Assembly (NCBI GenBank): GCA_016189025.1
Contig: JACPGS010000007.1
Coordinates: forward strand, 1,162-65,161
Length of the DNA: 64,000 nt
Reading direction: 5' to 3'
From: Candidatus Magasanikiibacteriota bacterium
GTDB lineage: Bacteria; Patescibacteriota; Patescibacteriia; Magasanikbacterales; GWA2-37-8
Both the position numbers and the translations under genes were made by a program. This document shows, one piece after another, positions 8,941-18,885 of the stretch. A model generated the notes under the pieces. That model was not told where the DNA came from. It did no database searches and saw nothing but the letters and a program-made list of their open reading frames with translations. Each line of letters opens with the position of its first letter. The stretch's first letter is position 1.

Positions 8941-10179
8941 TTATTTTGTAATATTTTGAAAATGACGGGTGATAATGCCGGAGCGTTGCAGATAATCAGT
9001 AAAAAATTTGACTAATTCCTGCGCTACTAACTGGTGGCCGCGGACGTTCAGGTGGCCGTTAAAATACTGGCCGCGCCAGTTATAGAGCGGGGTGGTGGAA
9101 GCCTGTCGGTAGTGGCCGGCAAAGGCCGGCGTCAAATCTACCAACGGCCACTGGCCCTCTTTAGCCTGCTCGGCTAACCAACTATTAGGTAATCGCAAAT
9201 CCCAGCCTGGCTCCCGCAAAGCCGGAAGTTCTTGCTGGAGTGCTGACCATAACCCGTGATCTACCTGCTCGGCTTGCGGCAGGTATGCTACTACAAAAGC
9301 ACTCCCATCAGCAACCGCCCGCTCCGCTGCCTGCTGCAGCAACTGGCGGGTAAATTTATACACCGTGCGGTGCGCCTCGGGCAGCGGATTATGAAAAATA
9401 AAAAAAGTGGGATGCACCCCGTTTTGGCTGGCTCCCATCACCCCGCGATCGTGCAAACCCGCCCGCACCGCTAAATCCGCAAGCCAGGGCACCTCGCGCA
9501 CCCGCCGATCTACTACCTGCGCCAAACGCGAGGTTTGCAGCAAGCGGAATTTAAGATCGCGGCGCCCGGCGTTGAGATTCGCCTGCGCTTCGGGAATATC
9601 CTGCCAGTCGGCGGGATTAGAGGAGAGAAAACGATCGCGGTATTTCAGGTAATACTGGTTATTCTCAAAATCATTGGGAAAGAAAAAGTATACTACCACG
9701 TCGGGACGATATTTGCGCACATACTGCTGATAGCGCAATAATTCTTCCCCCGTGCCCTGGCTGCCCACGGCAAAATTCATTACTTCAAAATTAATTTGCG
9801 GAGAGCGGGCATTAAGGTCGCGCTCCAGGAGAGCGGCAAAAGTGGAGGTAACGTCCACCTGCAGCGCCTCGGTAAAGGAATCGCCGAGGAAGGCCAGGCG
9901 CAAGGTAGAGGTCGGATGATCAATAGTATAATCGCGGCCGACAAATCCTTCGCGGTTAGTCTGTACCAATACCGGCGTGTTGGTTTCCGGCTCGGGAATC
10001 ATGGCATTAAGATTGCGGCGATGGATAGTATAGCCGCGCTCGTCCGCGGTATAGTAAGCATCAAGCGGCGTGCGCCGGGGCGGGACTAATAATCGAGCTG
10101 CTACTTCCAATAAAAGTAAAGAAGAAACGATGCCGAACAGAGCCAATAATAATTTTCCCAGGAAAGCGCGGGGCTTCAT
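8941..10179 (-). CDS. SGNH/GDSL-family hydrolase or acetyltransferase-like protein, membrane anchored
   Basis: FLGDSFT, NFAVGSQGT, GHLNVRGH; likely start MKPRAF at 10179. Confidence 0.8.
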   Translation of the reverse strand: MKPRAFLGKLLLALFGIVSSLLLLEVAARLLVPPRRTPLDAYYTADERGYTIHRRNLNAMIPEPETNTPVLVQTNREGFVGRDYTIDHPTSTLRLAFLGDSFTEALQVDVTSTFAALLERDLNARSPQINFEVMNFAVGSQGTGEELLRYQQYVRKYRPDVVVYFFFPNDFENNQYYLKYRDRFLSSNPADWQDIPEAQANLNAGRRDLKFRLLQTSRLAQVVDRRVREVPWLADLAVRAGLHDRGVMGASQNGVHPTFFIFHNPLPEAHRTVYKFTRQLLQQAAERAVADGSAFVVAYLPQAEQVDHGLWSALQQELPALREPGWDLRLPNSWLAEQAKEGQWPLVDLTPAFAGHYRQASTTPLYNWRGQYFNGHLNVRGHQLVAQELVKFFTDYLQRSGIITRHFQNITK

Positions 10180-10184
10180 AATTT

Positions 10185-11888
10185 CTACTTTGATGACAGT
10201 TGATAAACCAAAACCGTAGGGCCGAGCTGGGGCAGTCGCCATAACAGCGGCGGGAGCCACTGGCGCACGGTGTGCGCTTCGCCGCCGATAAATAGAGCGC
10301 CCCGGCCATCGGGACTATCGCTGCCGGCCAAATCATCGCTTCCCTTAAATTCTTTTACTAAAGTAGCGCGCGCGGGGAGACCGGCGAGGTCGGGGGGCAA
10401 GGAGGCCCAGGAGTCAACTACCAAGTATGGCGCCCGCCCTGATTGCGTCAGTCCGGTAATGAGCTGGGAGCGCTGCTCGCTGTTATTAACATAAAATAAA
10501 TTATGGGTATAAAGGAGCGGCCAGGGAGCTGCTACGCCGGGAGAAGCAAGCGCCCGCTCGGCAGAGCGCAAAGACTGGGGCGCCACCTGCTGTTGAATTT
10601 GCAGAGCCCGAAGGCTAGGCGACAAACGCAGCCGTTCGGAATATATCAGCACCCCGGCGTTTTCCGGCAAATGCTGTACCAGCCATTGCACGGCTGCCAC
10701 TCGCGTATCATTGCGCCAAATTAAGCGATGATAAGGAATAAACAGCCAGGCGCTGTAAACCGCTAAAAAAATCGGAATTGCCAGCGCGCTTCCCCTTTGC
10801 CACCGCCTACTCCCCTCTCCTAAAACCCCTACGCCATAGCCCGCAAGGAGCGCGAAGAGTGGCAAGAGAGGCAGCAGATAGCGCGGGATATTCCAAAAGA
10901 ACGCATACATAATGACCGCAATACTGCCGATGACCAGCAGGGCGCCTAATCCCCAGCGCCAGGAACGCCGCCCCAGCATCAATAATCCGACTAGGGAAAA
11001 AATAACGAGCGGCAGTTCGTAGCGCCCCAGGGTGCTGGCGTAATAAGTTAAGAAACGGCTGATTTCCTTCGGCTCCCCCGGAGCGCTATAGGTATGGGCA
11101 AGCACCTGTTCCACAAACGGCTGGGGATGGACCGCGATAAAAGCCAGGGCGACGGCTAAAAATCCGCCGCCAAAATACAACAGGGCAATACGACGGGCGC
11201 CGGGGAGGCGCGGCGTACTCCACCACACCGTAAGCAAAACCAGGGGGAAATAAAACACCAAATAACCGGCGCCAAAGGAAAGGCCTAATAATACTCCGGG
11301 TAAGGCCATCCGCCACCGCTTGATTCCCTCGGGCAACCAAGCCGCGACCCAGGCCAGGAGACTTAAAAAAATTGCCGGCACCCAATGGCGCGCCGTGGGG
11401 GCAAGAGTTACATCCAGGAAGCTGGTTGCCAAAAAAAGCGCGGCAGCGGCGGCCGCCAAATAATTCTTAAAAATCTGCCGCCCCAAACGATAAACCAGAT
11501 AAACCCCGGCCACGCTCAAAACTACATTCAGGGAGCGCGCCGTGAGCCAGAGCGCAGACGGATCGGCGGCGATCATCGCCTTAAATTGAACTAGCGCCGG
11601 CAATCCGGCAGCTAAAAATTTTACTCCCAGCGCCACCACAAAAATCAGCAGGTAAAGATAGCTCAAGAGCGGGGGGTAATAGAGCAAATCATTAAAGGCC
11701 GCCCAATGGAACACCGGCAGGAGGGTGGGGATTTCTAACATCTTCAGCGCGCCGTAAATGTGCGCTTCTTCGTCGCCCAAAAGGTGAAAGGGCAATCCGT
11801 AACCAATGCCGGGCAGCCGCAGCAGAAAAGCAACCGCCAGTATGATTACCAGCCACCACTGTTTTTTTAAGCTATTAAACCAGGACAT
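10185..11888 (-). CDS. GT-C fold glycosyltransferase (PMT/ArnT-like)
   Basis: LLRLPGIGYGLP..GDE loop, multiple TM segments, PRYLLPLLP. Confidence 0.75.
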   Translation of the reverse strand: MSWFNSLKKQWWLVIILAVAFLLRLPGIGYGLPFHLLGDEEAHIYGALKMLEIPTLLPVFHWAAFNDLLYYPPLLSYLYLLIFVVALGVKFLAAGLPALVQFKAMIAADPSALWLTARSLNVVLSVAGVYLVYRLGRQIFKNYLAAAAAALFLATSFLDVTLAPTARHWVPAIFLSLLAWVAAWLPEGIKRWRMALPGVLLGLSFGAGYLVFYFPLVLLTVWWSTPRLPGARRIALLYFGGGFLAVALAFIAVHPQPFVEQVLAHTYSAPGEPKEISRFLTYYASTLGRYELPLVIFSLVGLLMLGRRSWRWGLGALLVIGSIAVIMYAFFWNIPRYLLPLLPLFALLAGYGVGVLGEGSRRWQRGSALAIPIFLAVYSAWLFIPYHRLIWRNDTRVAAVQWLVQHLPENAGVLIYSERLRLSPSLRALQIQQQVAPQSLRSAERALASPGVAAPWPLLYTHNLFYVNNSEQRSQLITGLTQSGRAPYLVVDSWASLPPDLAGLPARATLVKEFKGSDDLAGSDSPDGRGALFIGGEAHTVRQWLPPLLWRLPQLGPTVLVYQLSSK

Positions 11889-11908
11889 ACCAAAATATTA
11901 AAGACTAA

Positions 11909-12061
11909 GGCCGATACCGTCCGCATTTTCGCAGCGACAGCTTGTTTGAGCCAGCGCTCGGCTCGTTGCCATGGCTGCGGTCTGCAGAGCCGAGCGCGTG
12001 CCCCGAGCGATGCAGCGAGGGGCGGCGAGTTCTGGCGCCAGAAAATGCGGATGGTGAGGCC
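11909..12061. mobile_element. MITE-like element, family B
   Basis: Inverted repeats ACCGTCCGCATTTTC (11916-11930) / GAAAATGCGGATGGT (12041-12055) around GC-rich hairpins. Confidence 0.55.
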
Positions 12062-12077
12062 GATATACTTGGTATTC

Positions 12078-12767
12078 TTAATAAAAACGATACTTAAATA
12101 AGGTCCAAATGGCAATTAAGCCGTCGCGCCAGTTGATTTTTTTGCCTTGAGCTTTGGTGCGGGGGGTATAACTGATGGGAACCTCAACAATTTTTTTTCC
12201 CGCCCGCGCCAGTTGCGCCGTCACTTCTGGGCAGAACGCAAAATCATCGGCCCGCAACGGGAGGCTCAATAATACCTCGCGCCGGAAGCATTTGTAGCCG
12301 GTCGGCTCGTCGGTGAGCGTTGTCTGGTATAATAAATTAGTGAGCGCAGTTAAAAATAATCCCCCGAAAAAGAAAAGCCAGCCGCTCTTTTTTGCTTCGC
12401 GCCAGCGCCGCCCCAATAAGCGCGAGCCGTAAACCGCCTCGGCGCCGGTAACGCGCGCCGCCGCCATAATGGCAACATAATCCGCCGGATCGTACTCCAG
12501 GTCCGCATCCTGGATAATTACCCACTCGCCGGTGGCGCGGGAAAGACCCGAGCGCACCGCCGCCCCTTTGCCGCGATTGCGCGGATGCCTGATGACCAAA
12601 CAATCATGGGCTCCGGCAAGGACAGCGGCGGTTCCGTCGGTAGAGCCGTCGTCAACCACAATCACCTCTTTGACAACATCAGGGATTTCAACCGCCCCCA
12701 CGCGCCGCAGCACCTCGGCAATCGTCGCCTGCTCATTGTAGACTGGAATAATGATTGACAGTTTCAT
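12078..12767 (-). CDS. Glycosyltransferase family 2 (DPM1-like)
   Basis: MKLSIIIPVYNE, VDDGSTDGT, IQDADLEYDP; start at 12767. Confidence 0.9.
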   Translation of the reverse strand: MKLSIIIPVYNEQATIAEVLRRVGAVEIPDVVKEVIVVDDGSTDGTAAVLAGAHDCLVIRHPRNRGKGAAVRSGLSRATGEWVIIQDADLEYDPADYVAIMAAARVTGAEAVYGSRLLGRRWREAKKSGWLFFFGGLFLTALTNLLYQTTLTDEPTGYKCFRREVLLSLPLRADDFAFCPEVTAQLARAGKKIVEVPISYTPRTKAQGKKINWRDGLIAIWTLFKYRFY

Positions 12768-12773
12768 AATTTT

Positions 12774-12848
12774 TGAGACTGTAGAAAATACCGGCAATAC
12801 CCACTGTTTAACTGGTCGCTATCGCTATTGCTAAAACTCACTTGGTTG
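12774..12848 (-). mobile_element. MITE-like family A, truncated copy 3
   Basis: One TIR (TGAGACTGTAGAA) plus the TGGTCGCTATCGCTATTGCTAAAA segment; the rest is missing. Confidence 0.75.
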
Positions 12849-12851
12849 TTA

Positions 12852-14717
12852 CTACAATTTCTTAATAAACTTCTCATACCACAACTGCCACATTACCACT
12901 GACCAAATGGTATTAAGATGGTAGCCGCCGGCTAAATGCTCGCGCCAAATCTGGCGGACCGCGTCGCCGTTAAACCATTCAGCGGCCAGGCGATCCGGAG
13001 AGAGAATGCTGTTCACGGTACTCCGGAGCGACTCCTGGCGCAGCCATTTGGCGGTGGGGGTAAACCAGCCGCGCTTGGGCTGGCGTTTAACTGCCGGCGG
13101 CAGATATGAATCTATTGCCTGGCGCCACAAGTGTTTGCCGACAAACGAACCCGGGATCGTACGGCCTACTTTAATCTGCCACCGGCTGGGAATTTTTGCC
13201 GCCAGCTCCACCAAGCGAATATCCAAAATCGGCACCCGCGGCTCCAGCCCCGAAGACATTGTCAGCTTATTGCTGCGCAAGAGCGATTCGTCGGGCAGCC
13301 AGCTGCCCCGATCCAACTGCTGAAACCAGCGGACAAAATCTTGCTTAATATAGGGAGGCAAAGGAAACTGCGCTGCCAATAAACTGCTAGCGGCGCCGGA
13401 ATGATACTGCTCGCGATTAAGCAGCGGCGCCAGCGCCTGCTCTTTTTGGCACAAAAAAGCCACCGCGCGCGCCATGGTCGGCGGTAATCCCAATTTATCG
13501 GCTGTTTTCTGATAACCGCAAGCCGAGAACAAGCGCCGGACTATCGTTTGCGCCCCGCCCGGCAGTTTCTGGAAACGCTCAATCAGCGCGCTGTAGTAAT
13601 AGCGCGGATAGCCGCCGAATAATTCATCGCCGCCGTCGCCGCCCAGTACCACCGCGACCGATTGTTTGGCCAAGCGCGCCAGCAAAAAAATCGCGGCGGC
13701 GGTGGCGTTGGCGTTAGGTTCATCCAAATGCCAGACAATCGCCGGCAGTTCCCGCGCCAGATCATCCGGCCCTACTAATAATTCGTGATGATCGGCGCCG
13801 TACCAGCGCGCAGTCTGCCGCGCCAGGCGAAAATCCGTATTAAATTTTTCCTCATCGCGGCTGGCGCGGAAACCCACGGAATAAGTTTTAATTTTGCCTC
13901 CTCCGCGCTCGGCCACCGCTCCCAACACGGCCGTGGAATCAAGGCCGCCGCTTAAAAATATCCCTACCGGCCGATCGGAAACCAGCTGGTCGCGGACAGC
14001 GTTACGGAACAGATCGCGCAAGCGGCCAACGGTTTCGGCCGGATCGGTAAGCGTTGACCAATCGGTAATTTGCCAATAACGCTCCACTTTAATCCCCTCC
14101 CCTTCCTGCCAGCGCAAATAATGCGCGGGCGGCAATTTTTTGATGCCAAGGAACATGGTGTGGGGCGCCGGCACGTAGAGAAGTTCAAAAAATAAACTAA
14201 AGGCCTCTCGGTCCACGGCACGGGGGATATCGTGCGCCAAAATCGCCTTAATTTCCGAAGAAAAAATCAGCCGCTGGCCGTCCCAAAAATAATACAGGGG
14301 ATTGACTCCGCCCGGATCGCGCGCTAACCACAGCTCGCGCGACCGGGCATCCCAGATGGCAAAAGCAAAAATGCCGTTGAATTTAGCCAGGCAGTCGCGG
14401 CCGTATTCGCGGTAGGCATAGAGCGCTACTTCGGTATCGGAAGCGGAACGAAATTGATATTTGGGCTCCAGGGCGCGGCGCAATTCCTGAAAGTTATACA
14501 GCTCGCCGTTGTAGACAATACAAATTTCGCCGGCCGCGTCCCACATCGGTTGAGCCCCGCGCTCCGACAAATCAATAATGGCGAGCCGGTTATGGCCGAG
14601 GCTAATCCCCTCCCCCACCCAGCAATTAGTCTGATCCGGGCCGCGGTGGCGCGTCCGCCGGTTCATCTCCTCAATTTTCTGCCGATCGGCGAAAGTAAAA
14701 CCGTTAATGGCGCACAT
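12852..14717 (-). CDS. asnB: Asparagine synthase (glutamine-hydrolysing)-like amidotransferase
   Basis: N-terminal MC, HRGPD, HNRLAIIDLS, FLSGGLDS, GDGGDELFGGY. Confidence 0.92.
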   Translation of the reverse strand: MCAINGFTFADRQKIEEMNRRTRHRGPDQTNCWVGEGISLGHNRLAIIDLSERGAQPMWDAAGEICIVYNGELYNFQELRRALEPKYQFRSASDTEVALYAYREYGRDCLAKFNGIFAFAIWDARSRELWLARDPGGVNPLYYFWDGQRLIFSSEIKAILAHDIPRAVDREAFSLFFELLYVPAPHTMFLGIKKLPPAHYLRWQEGEGIKVERYWQITDWSTLTDPAETVGRLRDLFRNAVRDQLVSDRPVGIFLSGGLDSTAVLGAVAERGGGKIKTYSVGFRASRDEEKFNTDFRLARQTARWYGADHHELLVGPDDLARELPAIVWHLDEPNANATAAAIFLLARLAKQSVAVVLGGDGGDELFGGYPRYYYSALIERFQKLPGGAQTIVRRLFSACGYQKTADKLGLPPTMARAVAFLCQKEQALAPLLNREQYHSGAASSLLAAQFPLPPYIKQDFVRWFQQLDRGSWLPDESLLRSNKLTMSSGLEPRVPILDIRLVELAAKIPSRWQIKVGRTIPGSFVGKHLWRQAIDSYLPPAVKRQPKRGWFTPTAKWLRQESLRSTVNSILSPDRLAAEWFNGDAVRQIWREHLAGGYHLNTIWSVVMWQLWYEKFIKKL

Positions 14718-14721
14718 AACA

Positions 14722-15717
14722 TTAGACCATCGGCAATTTCACCCCTAGCCTGGCGCAGTCGGCCTCTACCATCAGGCGCACCAGCGCTCGAAACGAAGTG
14801 CGCGGCTGCCAGCCCAGTTTTTCCCGGGCTTTGCCGGGGTCGCCCACCAGGCGGCGGGTATCGGTAGGGCGGAAAAACTGGGAATCAATCACCACATAAT
14901 CAGACGCCTGGAGACCCGCCAGGCGAAACGCTTCGTCCACAAACTCCTGCACTGCATGCGACTCGCCGGTGGCGATGACATAATCGTCCGGCTTGTCCTG
15001 CTGCAGCGAGAGCCACATCGCTTCCACAAAATCCTGCGCATAGCCCCAGTCTTTTTCCGCGGCGAGGTTCCCCAGCCGCAATTCGCGGCGGGTGCCGGCC
15101 AGAATCTCCGCCACCCCCCGGGCAATTTTGCGGGTAACAAAATTTTCGGCGCGCCGGGGCGATTCGTGATTAAACATAATGCCGGTGCAAGCGAACAACT
15201 GATAGTTCTCGCGATAATTGATGGTCATAAAATGAGCAAAAGTTTTGGCGCAGGCATAGGGACTAGTAGGAAACACCGGCGTGGTTTCCCGCTGCGGCAC
15301 TTCCGCCGGCGCGGCGCCGAACATTTCGGCGCTGGAGGCCTGAAAAAAACGCATCGGCTTTTTGCTGGCGCGCATCCACTCCAGCAAGCGCACCGTCCCC
15401 AGGCCCACGATATTAGCGGTATATTCGGGAATCTCAAAGCTGATTGCCACGTGGCTTTGCGCTCCCAAATTGTAAAGTTCATCCGGATCAGCCAGCGTCA
15501 GAATGCGAAACAAGCTGCTGCTGTCGGTCAGGTCGCCGTAATGCAGTTGGAGTTGGCCGGAAGTTTCCGCCGCTGCCAGGTGAGCCAGGCGCTCGCGCGG
15601 ATTATGGCTGGAGCGGGCAATCAGCCCGTGCACTTGATAGCCTTTGCCTAATAATAATTCTGCCAGGTAACTGCCGTCCTGGCCGGCAATGCCGGTAATG
15701 AAGGCGCGCTTGGGCAT
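14722..15717 (-). CDS. gmd: GDP-mannose 4,6-dehydratase
   Basis: ITGIAGQDGSYLAELLL, AQSHV, FNHESPRR, KDWGYA. Confidence 0.93.
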   Translation of the reverse strand: MPKRAFITGIAGQDGSYLAELLLGKGYQVHGLIARSSHNPRERLAHLAAAETSGQLQLHYGDLTDSSSLFRILTLADPDELYNLGAQSHVAISFEIPEYTANIVGLGTVRLLEWMRASKKPMRFFQASSAEMFGAAPAEVPQRETTPVFPTSPYACAKTFAHFMTINYRENYQLFACTGIMFNHESPRRAENFVTRKIARGVAEILAGTRRELRLGNLAAEKDWGYAQDFVEAMWLSLQQDKPDDYVIATGESHAVQEFVDEAFRLAGLQASDYVVIDSQFFRPTDTRRLVGDPGKAREKLGWQPRTSFRALVRLMVEADCARLGVKLPMV

Positions 15718-15743
15718 ATTTAGCAATCAGCTAATCAGCAGAT

Positions 15744-16989
15744 TCAGCGATCAGCTGATAGTAATAATTGTTCTAATTCGGTACGCACTATGTTATCCAG
15801 CACTTCCTGGCTGAATAATTTAGTAGCCAGGGCAACCGCGGCCTGCGACAGTTGCTGCCGCAGGGAAAAAGACTGCAAACGCTCCAAAGATGCCACAAAC
15901 TCTTCCGGAGTTACGCCGGTTAAAACTGATTCATTAGGACGGAACGGATAGCCGGCCAGCCCCCGGCCGTGGGTAATGGTGGGGAACCCCCCGGCCGTGG
16001 GTAATGGTGGGGAACCCGCGCGCCAGCGGCTCAAAAATTTTCTGCTGCATGCCGGCGCCGGAAAGCGAGGGAATCATCGCAATATCCATCGGCTGCAGGG
16101 CGGCATTAAGGTCATCCACATATCCCTCATAATGCACGTTATCGCGAATAAATGATTGCAAATCCGCCGGGAATTTCATGCCGAAGATGTGGAACTGAAA
16201 AGCATCGCCAAATTTCTTAAACACCCGCGGCGCCACCTGGCGCACCACAAACTCCAGCGCCTGCCGGTTATGCGATACGTGGTAGGTGGAACCCATAAAA
16301 AATACTTTCAACGGCTGGCGATTCCCCGGCGGCGTATGGGTACCGATAGTATGAGAAAATCCGCGCAAGGGCAAATTCACGGCATGCCGCGCCCCCCAGC
16401 GCTGGTACTGCTGCTCTTCATCCGGCGTAATGGAAAACAGCACGCCCGCCCGCCGGCCGCTGATATACTCGGTATAAAATTTAGGCAAAGAGCGCAAATA
16501 ATTAAACAGCGTGCGGCCGTCTTCCTCCAAAAAATGGCGCGCTTCAAAATTAATGGAGCGCACCACGATCGGGGTGGCGCGGGGAATCAGCCGGAACAGC
16601 GGCCAAAGATAAGTATAATCGCACCAGACAATATCTGGCTGAAAGCGCTTGACTGCTTCGCGCACCGTATCTCGCATCCGCGGCTCCACATACTCCAAGG
16701 TGGCCGGGTCCAGGCGCCCGGGATGCGGCAGAGTATAGCGCAGCCGCTCTAACTGTTCGCGCCAACCACCGCCGATATAGCGGTAAGGCACCAGGGTCAA
16801 GGGCACCCCGCTGGCTTTCCATTTAGCGCGAATTTCCTCCGGGTCCTGCCAGGTATAGAGCTTACCGATTACTTCAATCTCATATCCTAAGCGGGGCAAT
16901 TGGCGCAGATTCTCGGCCCGATCCTGCTCGCAGGCGCCGCTCGCCGGCTCGGGAAAACGGGGAGTGATGACGAGGATGCGTTTGGACAC
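15744..16989 (-). pseudogene. GT4 glycosyltransferase frameshifted by a 28-bp tandem duplication
   Basis: CCCCGGCCGTGGGTAATGGTGGGGAACC is duplicated at 15961-16016; GFPTITHGRG appears in both ORFs 15934-16989 and 15744-16034. Confidence 0.8.
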
Positions 16990-17013
16990 AATATTATCGG
17001 AATGACAAAAACC

Positions 17014-17706
17014 CTAAGCAAATAAATTATATTTTACAATTGCCCAAATAGCGCTAAAGCCGTCGCGCACGCCGATTTTTTTACCCTCGGCATAGGTGCG
17101 TCCATAATAAGAAATGCCGACCTCATACACCCGCAGGCGGTGCTTGGCGACCCGCGCCGTAATCTCGGGCTCAATGGTAAACCGGTTGGCCGTCAGCTCT
17201 GGCGCAATGGTAGCGAGCGCGGCGCGGGTAAATGCTTTGTAGCAGGTTTCCATATCGGTGAGGTTGAGATTGGTGCAGAGGTTGGAAAGCCAGGTTAAAA
17301 ACTTGTTGCCGACGTAATGCCAAAACAGCAACACCCGATGCGGGCGGCTCCCCACAAAGCGCGAACCATAAACAACATCGGCCACGCCCTGTACTAAAGG
17401 CGCCAACAGATCGCGATACTCGCGGGGGTCATATTCCAAATCCGCGTCCTGCACAATAATAAAGTCACCGGTGGCCTCGCGAAACCCGCGGCGCAAGGCT
17501 GCTCCCTTGCCGGAATTTTTCTCCTGAAAAAAAATTTTGTGCTGGCCGGCCAGCCGCTGCAGAATCTCCCGCGTGCCGTCGGTGGAGCCATCGTCTACAA
17601 TCACTAGTTCTTTTTCCATGCCAGCATCTACTTCGGCTACTGCTGCAATCACCGGCAGAATAGTAGCGGCTTCGTTGTATACCGGAATCACTACGGAAAG
17701 TTTCAT
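17014..17706 (-). CDS. Glycosyltransferase family 2
   Basis: MKLSVVIPVYNE, QDADLEYDP, TDMETCYKAF. Confidence 0.92.
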   Translation of the reverse strand: MKLSVVIPVYNEAATILPVIAAVAEVDAGMEKELVIVDDGSTDGTREILQRLAGQHKIFFQEKNSGKGAALRRGFREATGDFIIVQDADLEYDPREYRDLLAPLVQGVADVVYGSRFVGSRPHRVLLFWHYVGNKFLTWLSNLCTNLNLTDMETCYKAFTRAALATIAPELTANRFTIEPEITARVAKHRLRVYEVGISYYGRTYAEGKKIGVRDGFSAIWAIVKYNLFA

Positions 17707-17708
17707 AC

Positions 17709-18881
17709 TTACTCCTCAAAATAATCAATAATTTTCCCAATCACCGTATCCAAATTATGATGCGCGCGAACAAAACCAATCGCTGCTTGATTAGGCAACT
17801 TTTCCGGCTTTAGTATACCATTCTGCCACATTTTTTCAATGGTTTGGGCCAGGGCCGCCGCGTCTCCGGCGGGGAAGGTCCACACTACTCCCGCGCGCTC
17901 GGCATCAGCATAGGCAGGGCTAGAAGTGATAACGTAGCGGCCGGCGGCGAGCGCCTCCAACACTACCTTATCCGCGCTGCCGGTGCGGCTGGGGTGGATA
18001 AGAAGATGATAACGATGATAAATACTGGGCATCTCCAGATAATCCTTCCGCTCACTGCGGAAACCTACTGCCCTGCCCCGGCTTGGTCGCTCGGTCGCGG
18101 CAGACACTCTAGGTGCTCGCGGAGCTGCGCGCCTAGAGAACTCGTCTGCGGCTCCCTCGCTCATTCGTAATTCAAAGTTATTAGTCATTTCCTCTAAATA
18201 CTTTTGATAATGCTTATCGGCTGCCGTAATTGGACTGCCGACAATGGTAAAACGTAAATGGGGAAAATCAGGCACCTGCTGGAGTTGGATTAAGGCTTGG
18301 AAGATAATTTCGTAATTCTTCACTGCACTAATCCGGCCGACCGCTAAAAGCCACAATTCATGAGGATCGGCAATCTCTTCCGGTCCCGCCGCGAATAATT
18401 CCACCGGAATCCCGTGCCCCACCACCTCCACCTTGGCGCTCGGCAAGCGAAAACTCTCCGGCGAGGCGGTGAAAATTTTGTCCGCTCGCTTTTCCGCCTG
18501 CTTCAACCACCAGTTAACTGATTTATGCACATACCAAAGGAGAATTTTTTTCTGATGTTTCCGCCACCACCAACCGCCGAGCACCACATATTCCGGATTC
18601 ATGTGAACGAAAACACCATCATAATCATTTTGATACTGCCGGATCAAGCGACGAAAACGGAAATAATAAACCAAACGCCGTAGTAGTTTAGGGAGTCTTA
18701 ACATCTTTTCCTTTCCCAGCGACAATACGGTAACATTATTCGGCAACTCAAATTCACCTTGTTCCAAACAAATCACAATCAAGCGCTCGGTGCGCGCCGA
18801 GAGGCGGCGCAGCCATTCAAGAAAAAACCCCAGCGCCGGATCGGCGCGGTCTACTTTTTGAGTAATCACCAATAAACGCAT
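17709..18881 (-). CDS. Glycosyltransferase family 4 with in-frame repeat insertion
   Basis: MRLLVITQKVD, GRISAVKN, DKVVLEALAAG; start at 18881. Confidence 0.88.
   Translation of the reverse strand: MRLLVITQKVDRADPALGFFLEWLRRLSARTERLIVICLEQGEFELPNNVTVLSLGKEKMLRLPKLLRRLVYYFRFRRLIRQYQNDYDGVFVHMNPEYVVLGGWWWRKHQKKILLWYVHKSVNWWLKQAEKRADKIFTASPESFRLPSAKVEVVGHGIPVELFAAGPEEIADPHELWLLAVGRISAVKNYEIIFQALIQLQQVPDFPHLRFTIVGSPITAADKHYQKYLEEMTNNFELRMSEGAADEFSRRAAPRAPRVSAATERPSRGRAVGFRSERKDYLEMPSIYHRYHLLIHPSRTGSADKVVLEALAAGRYVITSSPAYADAERAGVVWTFPAGDAAALAQTIEKMWQNGILKPEKLPNQAAIGFVRAHHNLDTVIGKIIDYFEE
18084..18165 (-). repeat. Family A structured core inside a CDS
   Basis: GGTCGCGGCAGACACTCT..GCGCGCC..CTCGTCTGC..CTCCCT matches the MITE A core and the 34.1 kb copy. 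Confidence 0.8.
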
Positions 18882-18885
18882 AAAT

